From Batkoa obscura (Eukaryota): a stretch of DNA of 64,000 bases. Where the stretch lies: the NCBI GenBank assembly GCA_030770535.1, contig JASVEC010000001.1:620001-684000 (forward strand). Direction: 5' to 3'. How positions within the stretch are numbered: position 1 is the stretch's first letter; every line of letters starts with the position of its first letter. Position numbers and translations under genes: made by a program. The notes below the pieces were generated by a model, which had not been told where the DNA came from, searched no databases, and saw only the letters and a program-made list of their open reading frames with translations. Below are positions 13,435 through 25,876 of the stretch, piece by piece.

Positions 13435-13808
13435 ATTTATTTAAAAAAAAAGTAGTAAAAGAATAGGATGGAAAGAATTAAAATACATAGAGATTGAGAT
13501 AGATCTAATAAAGAGCACAAACGGGATTGATTTATAAAACAAATAGTTAAATATAAAATAAGTGGTCTATCTAGTGTTATATTGTAATAAGAATCAAGAT
13601 AAAGTTATTCAACTTGTAAAACAAAATGTTAATAAAATCCAGTGATAATTATTGATTTTAAAGATATTAAAATATCTATTTTTTAACTGTAATGAGTAAA
13701 CATACCTGACTTACTCATGAAATTAAATAATTAAAAAAGTATACTTTCATCAGTCAAGCAATAGTTGAAATGAATTATTAAAAATTATTATATTTAGATT
13801 AAAATCAA

Positions 13809-13880
13809 AGGACCCACCGAGAATCGAACTCGGATTACAAGGATCAAAACCTTGGGTGCTAACCATTACACCATGGATCC
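13809..13880 (-). tRNA. tRNA-Gln(UUG)
   Basis: Exact reverse complement of 4391-4462. Confidence 0.96.
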
Positions 13881-14211
13881 ATATTGTGTATCTTGGTACA
13901 AGATTTTTTATTTCTGTATAAATTTATATTTTAATAATAAAATTTACAATTTAATTGTATTAAAACAGTCCCATTATATTTTATATACTATTTTTTTAAT
14001 ACCTCTTTGGTTTATAATATGAAAAAAAATTACAATAAATTCAATAATAAAACGTGAAAATCTAAAATACTCAATATCAATAAAGACATTAATTCTACTT
14101 TGAAATGTAAAGCGTTATAAATCTATCATCAATATATTAATATGTATTAAAAATTACTCAAAAGTATTACATCATGGTTTGCTGTTATTAGACATTAATA
14201 TAAAACCTATT

Positions 14212-14310
14212 GGGGATGTATTTTTCTATTTAAGAATTTTACCAACAATTTTTTCACTCAAATAGTGCTTAAAAAATGGAAAAAATAATGAAACCAAAAA
14301 AAACACCCCC
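14212..14310. mobile_element. ~97-bp MITE (opposite orientation)
   Basis: GGGGATGTATTTT...AAAACACCCCC; flanks TATT/ATAT do not match exactly. Confidence 0.88.
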
Positions 14311-14381
14311 ATATGTAATGTATTCAAATAAATTAATTTTTGGAAAAGCTAACTAATTAAATACAATTACAAGTCCTTATT

Positions 14382-15550
14382 TTAATTGTAAAAAGCTTGT
14401 TTATCATGTTTCAAGAATAAAAATTTAAAGTCTGCTAAAAGATAATTCCAATTTTCATTAAGATAACAACAATACTTTTATACCTTTTTCAAATTGATAA
14501 AAGATCCTTATGTGAAATATTGGTTTATTAGCTCTTGGATTGATTATAACACAACAATCACTTAAGTTGCTGTGTTCTCAAGTTCAAACACAATCAAGTC
14601 AGAGTCCCTTATTTTAATTTGCTACGAGAATTTATAACTTCATATTGCAAAGAATAATATCCACTCGTTTTGATATCCATACTTGTTAGAGTATAAAAAA
14701 GATTCTTCAACATGATAACTCGAAACTTTTTAACTGAATTACTCCATAATATCGTACCATTAATAAAGCCACTAAGTCTTTCTGACGATATCTTACATAG
14801 ATTTTACAGTAGTATTGTCTATTCTATTTGCTTTACATAGTTTGTAACTTATTATATATTATTCTTATTCATTTAAGTCTATGTTAGTTACATAAACTAA
14901 GACCGTTCGACTCAAGGCAAGTTAATCAAACAAGAACTGCTTTTAACTCCCACCACTGAGTATCAACTTTCACACTTATCATTAATAACATCCTCAGTTT
15001 TTTCTAAACTAATTCTTCCAGTATTAAAAGACTCCTTATCAACTATCATTACGCCCTTTAACACATAATCTAAATATGTGTTTTGTCTAACAATAACAAT
15101 ACACATGTTCTTTACTTCTGGCAGATAGTAAGCATTTCAACAAATCTAGCAGTATCTTTAATCCTTGCAGCTGTCAGTCCTATTTATTTACCCATTGCTA
15201 ACAATTTTATCTACATAACTAGGAACATCAATACCGCACAACTTTGATATTAAATGCTCCATTAAGAAACTATTGTTTTTAAATCTTGGATCCAAGTGAG
15301 TAAGTGTCTTTATTGATTTACATAATTATAGGAATAAAGAAGTTCAAAGGTCATTTAATATAGAAGATTATTACTATAGTTAACATAAAACAAGCTAAAG
15401 CTTTTAAGTTGGTTTTTAATATCTTACTTCAGTGAAGTGAATAGATTATTTACTTAATATAGAAAATTTTAATTAGTATTTTAAATAGATGATTAGATTT
15501 AAACCTATTCTTTCATCTTAGTAGAGAACTCAGAGAATATAAGCATCGAT
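14382..15550 (-). pseudogene. NmrA-like pseudogene (copy 2), 5'-truncated and interrupted by a solo-LTR-like element
   Basis: Minus strand reads NSFLMEHLISKLCGIDVPSY.., YYLPEVKN.., LEKTEDVINDK[element]D.., YCCYLNENWNYLLADFKF..AFYN*, colinear with copy 1. Boundaries approximate. Confidence 0.75.
14511..14974. mobile_element. solo-LTR-like element
   Basis: TGTGAAA...TTTCACA termini, CTTA duplicated on both sides, homologous to three other copies in the window. Confidence 0.8.
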
Positions 15551-17287
15551 CAATTTAATATATACTTTATAAAGATAAAAAATTATGCTGATGTTTATTA
15601 ATTTTCATGAACTTGTTATGATGGTTATGTTCTAATTTGATTATTTTCTCAATTTAATACAATTATTTGAATTTTTTGTTGATCATTTTTATTAAAAGTT
15701 TTAATTTGTATAAATTGTTTATTTTATGATAAAATAACATTTAACATTAGTTATAATTATAGTGTTTAAGATGTTAAAATAATCATTAATAAAGTTTATA
15801 AATTAAAAGCCATTTACTTTGTTATCGATTTTAATGTAATTGTCGTTAATTATAGTCAATATTTTAATTATAATTATTGTTGTTTTTAAATTAAAATCAG
15901 TGAACTTGTTTTCCAGTAATGCCAAATTAATAAATTTCCTAATCTTAACATAATATCCTCCTTCTCACTCTCCCTTCCCCTCATCCTTCACTCATTTACT
16001 TACTATTCAGTTTTTTTATAATTTTACTTACCTCCAATAATAAATCACTTGCGAGTTTACCTCTTTCAAGATTTTAAAAGAAATCTGTTTTGCTAAAAAT
16101 ATTAAATTATTATCACAAAACAAAAATATAAATCTTATATCATATTGTTTTATTTTAGTAACAATAACTTCTATTTTTTTATAATGACTATAATAATATT
16201 AAATAAAAGTGACAATATAAATATTTTTAAATTTGTGCATTATTATTAACTCCCCCAACTTCCCTTTTTTTACTATATTATGGCACCATAAAAATACCTG
16301 TAATTTCTTAAAGACATGTTATAAAATATATAAATTAAGAAAAATCCAACAACTTCTGTTAAAGTAATATAAAGCTTTTATAACAATATGAAAAAAGAGA
16401 TACAATGTTTTGTATAAATACTGAATTTTCATATAAATGTCTAAAAACCATAAACTTTCATATTATGCAAAAAATAAAATATACAATAATAAATGTAAGA
16501 TACTAAAAATAACTCCATATTATTTTGGGTAGTTTTAATAAAGCTGTATCATTTATAAAAAATATATTAAATTAAAAACGATATTAATACATTGAGAAAA
16601 CAGTAAGAATAAATTAATAAAGGAATGATACAATAATTCATCTTAATTTTCGACGATTATTTCTAATTTAAGTTTTAGCTGTTCTTTAAATTCTTTGAAC
16701 CATTGGGTTTTATTGACTATTTTTTTACCTTTAAACTTAAGAATTAATATTTTCTTGTTCAGGTGGGAGATCATGAGTCTAAAAAACAAACAAGATATTT
16801 TTAGTTATCAGGTTTTTATAGAATAGAACAATCTTATGAGTAGAGATAGATTATATAATTTAATGGCTGAGTGAAGTATCAATACTCTCTATAGAAGGTT
16901 CAAGAAGATGAAAAAAAGCGCTTTCGCAATTAAAGAATAATATATTTTCTTGTTTGTTATTCCTATCTTTTCGAAATTTGAATATTCAATTTCTAATTAT
17001 TCTCAAAAACTGCATCATTTGATTACGCCAATATAATCTATCGAAGACTTGAAAGTCATTTGTTATCAAATACGAGATTTTTGAGCTAAAAGTAGTAAAT
17101 TATTTAAGTCATTTGATTTTTTATTTAAATCATACCTAGTGTTACACAGTTAAAAAAATCTTGCCTCTAATAAAAGATGAATATATAACTGTCTGAAATG
17201 CCAACCCAATGAAAAACAAACCTTTAGTTTGAATCTATCTAATTTTTTTATCCTTTGTATATCTCATTAATATATAGCTTTTTTAAT

Positions 17288-20200
17288 ATGGTGAAATTTA
17301 ATCCCTCTGTAATATATTTGTTAGGTGGAAGTATTGGATTAGTACTTTCACACGGTACTGGTCAATTTGGTGACCATTACTCTCCAGAGACTGTCAGTAA
17401 TGCTGGTCCTCAAGCTGATGACGGTAAAGCTGGTAAAGACAATGATGAGCTCCCACTTCGTCCACTTGGTGAATGGGACATTAAAAAATCCTTGAATAAA
17501 AAACTTGGTTATAAAGTTAAAGAAGCTACCTGGGTTAATGTTGATGTCAGTCCAGATGGTGGTGAGCTTCTTTTTGATGTTCTTGGTGATATCTACACGC
17601 TCCCAGTAACTGGCGGGAAAGCTAAACCTCTCCTTACTGGTCCTTCTTTTGAAGTTCAAGCTAAATACTCTAAAGATGGCAAACGTATTTTATTCACTTC
17701 AGATCGCTCTGGAATTGATAACCTTTGGACTGTTGATAGAGACGGTAAGAGTAATCCAACTCAAATCAGTAATGAAAGTTACCGTTTTGTTACTAATGGT
17801 CATTGGTCTCCAAAGGGTGATAAAGTCGTTGGTGTTAAATGGTATACTTCTTCACGTTCCATTCCAGCTGGTACCATCCATGAATATGATCTTGCAACAA
17901 AGAAAGCTACCAAATTAATTGGTGCCGTTAACGAACAAGTAGGTGTTGAAGAGCCAATTTATGATCCTAATCATCCTGACCTTATTTATTACTCTGGTAA
18001 TAGCGTTGATAAGGGCAGATGGCAATACAGTAAAGACCCACATAAGGGTATCTTTAACATTTACTCCTTTAATACTACTTCTCAAGCAAAGGAAACCATT
18101 GCTGGTGGAACTGGTGGTGCTGCTCGCCCTACTCCATCTAACAGTGGCAAATATTTGGCCTTTGTACGTAAAATTGAATTCAATTGGGGATTAGTTGTAC
18201 GCGAACTTGAAACTGGTAATGAAAAGATTCTCTGGGAAGGTTTATCCCGTGATAACCAAGAATCTAGTGCTTCCAATGGTGTCTATCCTCGTTTCTCATG
18301 GACCAAAGATGATCAATCTATCATCATTTGGGCTAAAGGAAAGCTTTGGAATGTCCCAGTTGACTCTAAACCAATTAAGGAAATTCCTTTTGAAGTTGAT
18401 GTTAACTTAGACATTGCTGAAACTGTTCGTCCAAAGATTGATTTAGTTGACTTTAACTGTAATGGCGAGTTCAAAAACGCTGCTGTTAAATACTATGATA
18501 TTTCTCATGACGGAAAGAAAGTAGTCTTTGTAGTTGTTGGAAAAACTTATGTCAAAGATTTAGAAAGTGGAAAGATTAATGAAATTAAACTTCCAAGCTC
18601 AGAACAAAATCGCTATAGCCCTAACTTCCATCCTACTGATTCTAACATTGTTATCCAAGGAAGATGGAGTGATAAAAACATGACCACTGTTGAAATCCTT
18701 GATCTTAAACAAAACAAAGTTGTTTCTGAAGTAAAATTACCACCTGGTAGGTATGATTTTTTCTCTTTATCTCATGACAGTAAATCTATTGCTGTAACCA
18801 AATCATCCGGTGATGACATTTCAGGAAATTCCTTATACACTACTAAACCAGGTGTATACATTGCTCAAATCGATTCAAGCTACCAACTTATTAAAGACTC
18901 TTTCAAATTAAACATTCCATTCGAATCTGCTCAAGCTAAGTTCTCTGCTGATGGCAAAAAATTGAAGATTTCTGGTGCCACAAACAGTCCATACATTTTT
19001 GATATCAATACTCAAGAATCAGTCAGTTATGGTTCAGTCAAAGACTCTTACCAAGGGTCAGATGTGTCTTTCGACGCTTCTAAATTTATTTTCAACCAAT
19101 ATCATCATGTTTTCCTTTCTTCAGCTTCAGCTGATCCAAAGTTCGTTTATTGGTCTAAACCTGGTTCCCAACCAAAAGATGTTGTTAGACTTACCCTTGA
19201 TGGTGGTGAATACCCTATCATTAGCAATGGAAGAGTCTATTATCTTTTAGGCTCTTCTTTATATGAAGCTGATATCGCTGCTGTTCAAGCTAAATGTGGT
19301 GCCGTTGCTGCTCAAGATACCAATAAATTTGGTGCTGATTGTGCTAAAGATTTATTAAAGAAGCACGATCTTTCGGTTGTCCTTAAAACCAACAAACCAA
19401 GTGATGATGATGTATTTGTTCTTGATAATGCTGTTATTGTTACTATGCAAACTGGAGATGAAAAGAAAGATATCATTAAAGATGGTCGTCTTGTAGTTAA
19501 AGGGAATAAAATTCTTTCCGTTGGTAGAACCTGGGATACTAAAATTCCACAAAATGCTAAAGTTTATAACCTCAACGGTGGTGTTGTAGTTCCAGGTTTC
19601 ATTGATGCTCATGCTCATTGGAACACTCCTCAATTCCCAGTTCAAGGTCATTGGGAACAGCAACTTCAACTTGCTTACGGTGTTACTACTCAACATAACC
19701 CATCTTATGATAATGTTGATAATTATGTTGAACAAGATTATGAGCGTTCCGGTAGATTAGTTGCTCCAAGATTATTTGGTACTGGTTCTATCCTCTATGG
19801 TGCTGCTGGTCCTTACAGAGTTGAAATCAACTCTATTGAAGATGCTTTATCTGCTCTTCGTCGCCATAAATCCTATGGTGCTTGGTCAGTAAAATCCTAC
19901 AATCAACCTGCCCGTTCAGCCCGTCAAATGGTTCTTGAAGCTGCTAGAAAACTTGGTGTTACTGTTGTACCTGAAGGTGGTATGAATGGCTATTGGAACA
20001 TCAACCAAATCATTGATGGCCATACTACCATTGAACATTCTCTCCCAAGTGGTACCATTTATCAAGATATCATTCAATTATTTGCTAAAGCTGGTACTGC
20101 TTGGACTCCAACTCTTATTGTATCTTATGGTGGTATTATGGGTGAAAATTGGGCTTACCAAAATACCAATGTATGGGAAGAAAGTAACCTTAGAGAATTC

Positions 20201-20665
20201 CATCCACTTCGTCCGCTTGAAGCTGATACCTTCCGTAGACCAGCTGCTGATGATAGGGATTATGTTCATTTTGAAATTGCTCGTTCTACTCGTGATGTCA
20301 TCCGTCAAGGTGGTCTTGTCAATGCAGGTGCTCATGGACAAAGAAAGGGTGTTGGTTATCATTGGGAATTAAAATTCTTTTCTCAAGGCAACCTTACCAA
20401 TTATGAAGTACTTAAAGTTGCCACTCGTAACCCTGCTCAATCGCTTGGTCTCCATGGTGTTGGTCAGCTTAAACCTGGTTTCTTAGCTGATTTGGTCGTT
20501 TATAAGAGTGAAAATTCACCACTTAAATCTATTGATAATTCTAGAAAGATTGAAAAGGTTGTACTTAATGGCTTCGTTTATGATTCTAATTTAGCTAAGG
20601 AGTTCCCAACCAAGGCCCCTGCTCCATCCATTCCTATCTTTAACCACGAATTAGTACATGCCTAA
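17288..20665 (+). CDS. Secreted protein with TolB/PD40-type beta-propeller repeats fused to a C-terminal metal-dependent amidohydrolase domain
   Basis: First ATG at 17288 gives signal peptide MVKFNPSVIYLLGGSIGLVLS. Repeats VSPDG, YSKDG..FTSDRSG, WSPKG, SHDG. Amidohydrolase motifs PGFIDAHAH, AYGVTT, GHTTIEH, GAHG, GQLKPGFLADLVV. No introns. Confidence 0.92.
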   Translation: MVKFNPSVIYLLGGSIGLVLSHGTGQFGDHYSPETVSNAGPQADDGKAGKDNDELPLRPLGEWDIKKSLNKKLGYKVKEATWVNVDVSPDGGELLFDVLGDIYTLPVTGGKAKPLLTGPSFEVQAKYSKDGKRILFTSDRSGIDNLWTVDRDGKSNPTQISNESYRFVTNGHWSPKGDKVVGVKWYTSSRSIPAGTIHEYDLATKKATKLIGAVNEQVGVEEPIYDPNHPDLIYYSGNSVDKGRWQYSKDPHKGIFNIYSFNTTSQAKETIAGGTGGAARPTPSNSGKYLAFVRKIEFNWGLVVRELETGNEKILWEGLSRDNQESSASNGVYPRFSWTKDDQSIIIWAKGKLWNVPVDSKPIKEIPFEVDVNLDIAETVRPKIDLVDFNCNGEFKNAAVKYYDISHDGKKVVFVVVGKTYVKDLESGKINEIKLPSSEQNRYSPNFHPTDSNIVIQGRWSDKNMTTVEILDLKQNKVVSEVKLPPGRYDFFSLSHDSKSIAVTKSSGDDISGNSLYTTKPGVYIAQIDSSYQLIKDSFKLNIPFESAQAKFSADGKKLKISGATNSPYIFDINTQESVSYGSVKDSYQGSDVSFDASKFIFNQYHHVFLSSASADPKFVYWSKPGSQPKDVVRLTLDGGEYPIISNGRVYYLLGSSLYEADIAAVQAKCGAVAAQDTNKFGADCAKDLLKKHDLSVVLKTNKPSDDDVFVLDNAVIVTMQTGDEKKDIIKDGRLVVKGNKILSVGRTWDTKIPQNAKVYNLNGGVVVPGFIDAHAHWNTPQFPVQGHWEQQLQLAYGVTTQHNPSYDNVDNYVEQDYERSGRLVAPRLFGTGSILYGAAGPYRVEINSIEDALSALRRHKSYGAWSVKSYNQPARSARQMVLEAARKLGVTVVPEGGMNGYWNINQIIDGHTTIEHSLPSGTIYQDIIQLFAKAGTAWTPTLIVSYGGIMGENWAYQNTNVWEESNLREFHPLRPLEADTFRRPAADDRDYVHFEIARSTRDVIRQGGLVNAGAHGQRKGVGYHWELKFFSQGNLTNYEVLKVATRNPAQSLGLHGVGQLKPGFLADLVVYKSENSPLKSIDNSRKIEKVVLNGFVYDSNLAKEFPTKAPAPSIPIFNHELVHA

Positions 20666-21800
20666 TCTTTTAATTTAAAAGTATAATAAATAATCTATTA
20701 TGTTTAATTCGTAGATTTTTAATTGATGTTTTTTTTAAATATACGATCTATAAAAGATAAATTTCAAATAGATTTTACAAATTCAATATTTGATATTTTA
20801 TAATACGCAAGTTATTAAAAGCAGTGTTAATTTAGTTTAATCCATAAAACTAAACAGAAGTTTAATAGTCAACTAATTTAAACATGAGACACCATTTATT
20901 ATAGTAACTGAGAAATAGAATATAAAATGTACAAAATATAAAAGTATTAATCTTTAATCGAATATTTCATTATTAGTTTAAGTACACGAGTTAATTTTAA
21001 TATCAAAGCAAATTTAATGCAGTCAATATAGCTTAAGAATTTTACCTATCGAAATTATACCTTGGGTAATCCGTTAGAAATAATCTGGGAATTACTTCTT
21101 ATTTTATTACTTCACTACTACTGATTTAAATTAAATGTGTTTAAACTTTAATTTGTTATCATTTTTATTTTACTTTAACAATGCTATAAATAGTATGATT
21201 TAAGCTTTAAAAAAAAGTTCAAAAAGATCTGGCCACGTTTAGTCTGAATCATTTAACAATATTTAAATTTTAGGTTTCAAAAAAATGAACAAACTAATAA
21301 AAAATAAAGTGTTTTATTTTTATTAAAGTTTAATAGTTGTTTTTGTTTAAGCAGTTATAATTTAAAGCAGTAATTTTCGAAAAAACAACGCTCTTATACT
21401 ATTATCCTGGATAATAGTCCCACCAATTTACAACGGAAGGGGCTTTTTCATTCCGTATATAATTAGCATATTACCAAACTCAACTAATTTACACCATTTA
21501 AGCTCGCATTTTTAATCCATTAAAGTTTCTAATTTTTAGGGTTTAAACTCGGCTAAAGGTGAAGCTTAAACTCCAACCAATAGATAAATAACTTACATAC
21601 TGAGGTTCTGCATAATTGGTTGAAGTTTATGCGGTGGATTGAGGTCATCTGGTCTTTTGAGAATTTTTGGGTAAGTTGCTTAATTAATATAGAGATTTTT
21701 CGATCATGTGCTTTCAATTGAAAAAGAGACACAGTTGAGCAATAAAAAGAGCTCGTGAAAATCTACTTGAAGTCTTTTATTTAAAAAAAGTAAAAGCTTA

Positions 21801-23859
21801 ATGTTACGTACCCTTTTAAAGAGCAGGTAAGTTAAAATGAATAATATTTTAATGTAAATGTTGAATTCCTTTATTTTTAGAAATTTAATTAGAACTATGA
21901 GCACTTCCAAAGTCAATTTAAACTTAGCAGCTGCTACTACCTCTACCCCAGAAATAACTAAACCGTTATATCAATTTCAAAATAGCTTACCAAAGCTTCC
22001 AGTTCCTGAATTAGAAGCTACATTAAAGAAATATATTAAAACTGTTAAACCATTAGTATCTGAAGAGCAATATCAAAATACTTTAAAAGTAGTTGAAAAG
22101 TTTCAAAACGAAGTTGGACCTGAACTACAAAAGAGATTACAAGCTAGGGCCTCGAATGAATCCATTTTAAATTGGTTAGATGCTTGGTGGAATGATATAG
22201 CTTATTTTTCGTATCGTGATCCAGTTGTTATTTATGTATCTTATTTTTATGTTTATAATATGTTACCAAGTCAAATTAAGAATACCACCAGAGGTGCAGA
22301 GATTATTCAAGCTGCTTTGCAATTTAAAGATTTAGTTGTAAGTGAAGAATTAGAACCAGAAAAAGATCGTAAAGGACCGTTATGCATGTCCACCTATAAA
22401 TATATGTTTAATGCTACTCGTATACCAGCAAAAGGCTCGGATTATGTTGAAACTTTTGATATGGAAAAAAATCAACATGTAATTGTAGCTAGAAAAAATA
22501 AATTTTTTAAATTGGAATTAAATAATAAAAATGGTCAACGACTATCTACTAAGGAAATTGATTATCAATTAAGTCAAATTATTGAATTAGCTGGTGACAA
22601 AGCGGATCAAAATCCTATTGGTCTTCTTACTACCCAAAATAGAGATATCTGGTTAGATGTAAGTTTCATTAATATTTCTTTTAGTTATTAGCTTATTTAT
22701 TTATTTAGGCACGTAATAAATTGCTTCAACATTCTAAAAAGAATTCAGAATCGTTAAATGCTGTTGAATCTGCTTCTTTTCTTTTATGTTTGGATGAAAC
22801 TTCACCTGCTAATAAAGATGAGGCTTCTAGAGCTTGCTGGCATGGAGATGGTAAAAATAGATTTTTTGATAAATCACTTCAATTTATTGTATTTGAAAAT
22901 GGGGTAGCTGGTTTCAACGGAGAAGTAAGCTTATTTTATTAATATATTTAATACAGTTTAATAACAATCATTTAATTTAGCATTCAAGAATGGATGGTAC
23001 TCCAACTTGTCGTTTAAATGATTATGTCAATACCGTTTTAACTAAAAAACAAGTCAACCATGGTACTTCTTTTAACAAAGAAGAATTATTACCACCAACA
23101 GAATTAAAATTCGAATTAAATAATGAAATCCAAACTATTATTAAAGAATCCGAAGTTGCTTTTAATAATTTAATTAATAAACACGATTTAAAAGTGGTTA
23201 AAGCAAGCTATGGTAAAAACAATATTAAGAAATTTAAGGTTAGTCCAGATGCCTATGCTCAAATGGTAATTCAATTAGCCTTTTATCTTTTACATGGTAA
23301 ATTTGGACCTACTTATGAATCGGCTACTACAAGAAGATTCCATTCTGGACGTACTGAAGTTTGTAGAACTGTATCTCAAGATAGTGTTGCTTTTTGTAAA
23401 GGAATGGTTAATGATCAATTAAGTTTAAAACAAAAACATGAGTTGATTTTAAAAGCAATTCAATCCCATGTAGCTTATATTTCTGATGCTGTAGAAGGTA
23501 AAGGAGTTGATAGACATTTATTAGGTCTTAAACTTAGCGTAAATAAGGATGAACCTGTACCAGAATTATTCAAAGATCCTTCTTATACTTTTACTAGCCA
23601 TTGGAACTTATCTACTTCTCAATTAAGTTCTGAACATTTTGATGGTTATGGTTGGGGTGAAGTTGTACCTGATGGTTATGGTATTGCTTATATGATTAAA
23701 AAAGATGCAATTCAATTTAATGTTACAGCTATTAAACCAGTAAATAATACAAATGATGGTTATATTACACCTGATGTGAATGCTATGGCTGATTCACTTC
23801 ATAAATCTTTAGAGCTTATTAGAGCTGTATTTGCTGCTAGTGAAAAAGCTAAACTTTAG
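21801..23859 (+). CDS. CAT2: Carnitine O-acetyltransferase; exons 21801-21826, 21881-22658, 22709-22924, 22981-23859
   Basis: LPKLPVP, NRFFDK, spliced catalytic GEHSRMDG, SPDAYAQ, TYESA..RRF..GRTE, GVDRHL, LSTSQ; C-terminal AKL. Confidence 0.93.
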
Positions 23860-24018
23860 ATTTTCTTTACAAAAACATAATAAACTACATTTAAATATTA
23901 ATTTATTTTTTATCATTTTAATAATAATTCTTATTCAAAATGGAATCGATCTCAATATTGAAATTTTACAAAAACAAAATAAAATACAAGTACCTTACTA
24001 TATAATATATATAACCAT

Positions 24019-24440
24019 TTATTTTGTAACCCTTTTATCTTCCAACTCATTAAGGTATCTGAGGAGATCAGCAAGGGTAGTAAAAGTGATAGCTTTCTCA
24101 ATAGGAATATTAAAGAGTAGTTCTTTTTCCAAAGCAGTAAGAAATGGAACTAGATTACTAGAGTTCACTCCCAAGTCTTTAGATAGCTCCATATCCGGTT
24201 TTAACTATTAAAATAGAGACTATAAATGTAATTTATTTGAATTACTTTTTTATCAATTACCTCTTTATCTATGCCCTGCACCTTTTTAATAATGTCAAAG
24301 ATTCTATTTTCAGCTGGATCCTCAATTTTGGATTTGAAGCTTTGAATGCTTACTCGATTGACACCATGAATCATTTGTAACTTGCCCATCTTGCTTACTC
24401 TCACTGTTGATATCTTGGGTAATAAACGTAACAATCTCAT
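24019..24440 (-). CDS. Mitochondrial-type acyl carrier protein homologue with atypical attachment motif; one intron ~24260-24205
   Basis: Basic presequence, ENRIFDIIKKV, then exon 2 LKPDMELSKDLGVNSSNLVPFLTALEKELLFNIPIEKAITFTTLADLLRYL, which aligns to the ACP consensus. Confidence 0.75.
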
Positions 24441-25059
24441 TTTTAAAAATTTTAAATTTTATTTTCACTTAGCATTTTATTTATAGTTTTTTATTACTTT
24501 ACGTCATGATGGGTTCATTTCTAATATTACTCAACTGTGCTTTGTTATTATTGTTAATTATTTAATTGGTTTGAATTGTTATTTAAAGTGTATAATAAAG
24601 TGGAAGATTATTTAGTTATATAATTGTTAGCTTTGAATATTCAAATTACTATGTACAATAATAGTTTTGAAGGAATTAAAACATGTAAATAGTGTAAATA
24701 ATGGCCTGAATTGATAATAAAAATAGATATGAATTTAGAATAGCAGATTTTTGATAATACAATACCTTTTTCATTTTTTTATTGGTCTAATACCTAACAT
24801 ATTAAAATATACAAAATTGTATACCAATAAGCAATGTATTATAATACTATACATATATATCATACGATGACTTTATCTAGTATATTAGTATTTAGAATAA
24901 TAAAACCAAGCTTTATCAACATTTAAATTCAACAAAAAATAAAGATTATTGTTTAATCTTACAATTCAAAACATTCAAAGCATAAATCAACTTAACTATT
25001 AATAATTTTACCAAATATATATTAAAAATAACCGAAAAAAGTATAGCCAATTTAATCAC

Positions 25060-25876
25060 TTAATTTGAAGTAGCTAAATAATCCTTAACTTCACTAGGAG
25101 AAAGACGACGGAAGTGAGCACCATGTTGGATACCAAAGCCAGATTGAGGCATTTGATTTGGATTTGGAACTGTAGATTCACCAATGATACCAATTTCAAT
25201 ATTACTTTCATTCATAACACCTTCAAATCCTTCTTTAAGAGTTAAAATAGCGGTATGTACTGCGTCTTCTAATAACATTTCAGCATCATATCTCTTTTCT
25301 AAAAAGCTTTTAGCAGCTACCATATTTTTACCAATGGCGGTTGCTTTCCAAGGAAAATAAGAACCAGAAGGATCCACTTGATATAAACTAGGCTCACCCT
25401 TATCATAGCCTGCAATCAATAAAGAGACTCCAAATGGCCTTACCCCTCCTTTTTGTGTAAATTCTTGCATCACTCCAGCTACTTCTTTTACTAATGCTAA
25501 ATTACTGGGATCTTCTAAATATACTCGACGATATGCTTGACTTGATTTACGTGCTCGATTCACTAATACTCGTGCATCGGGGCCCATTCCACTATAGACC
25601 ATACCAATGGTACCATTGACATTACTGATCTTTTCGCTACTACTATTATCTACTAAAATTGAACCGCTCTTTTTTTCGGTTGCTATAACAATACCGTTTT
25701 TGGCTAAATTGAAATGGTTAAGAAATTAAAGTTTGAAATTGAAAATAAATAAATTTATAATTACCTTTTATACCAACTGAAGTTACACCTTTGGAAACAG
25801 CAGTTAAGGCATGTTCAATTTGACCTAATTTACCAGAGGGCGAGAAAGTCGTCAATGAAAAATTATATTGGGACAT
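25060..25876 (-). CDS. PRE8: 20S proteasome subunit alpha-2; one intron ~25764-25704
   Basis: [74 protein letters not shown]. Confidence 0.96.

Noticed and set aside
17348..20372. Short overlapping and antisense ORFs inside the amidohydrolase gene
   Set aside because: Shadow ORFs from biased codon usage; no recognisable motifs.
23831..24211. 126-aa plus-strand ORF; likewise 21704-21916, 51121-51369, 54416-54616, 55303-55500, 55346-55531
   Set aside because: Antisense or off-frame to better-supported genes.
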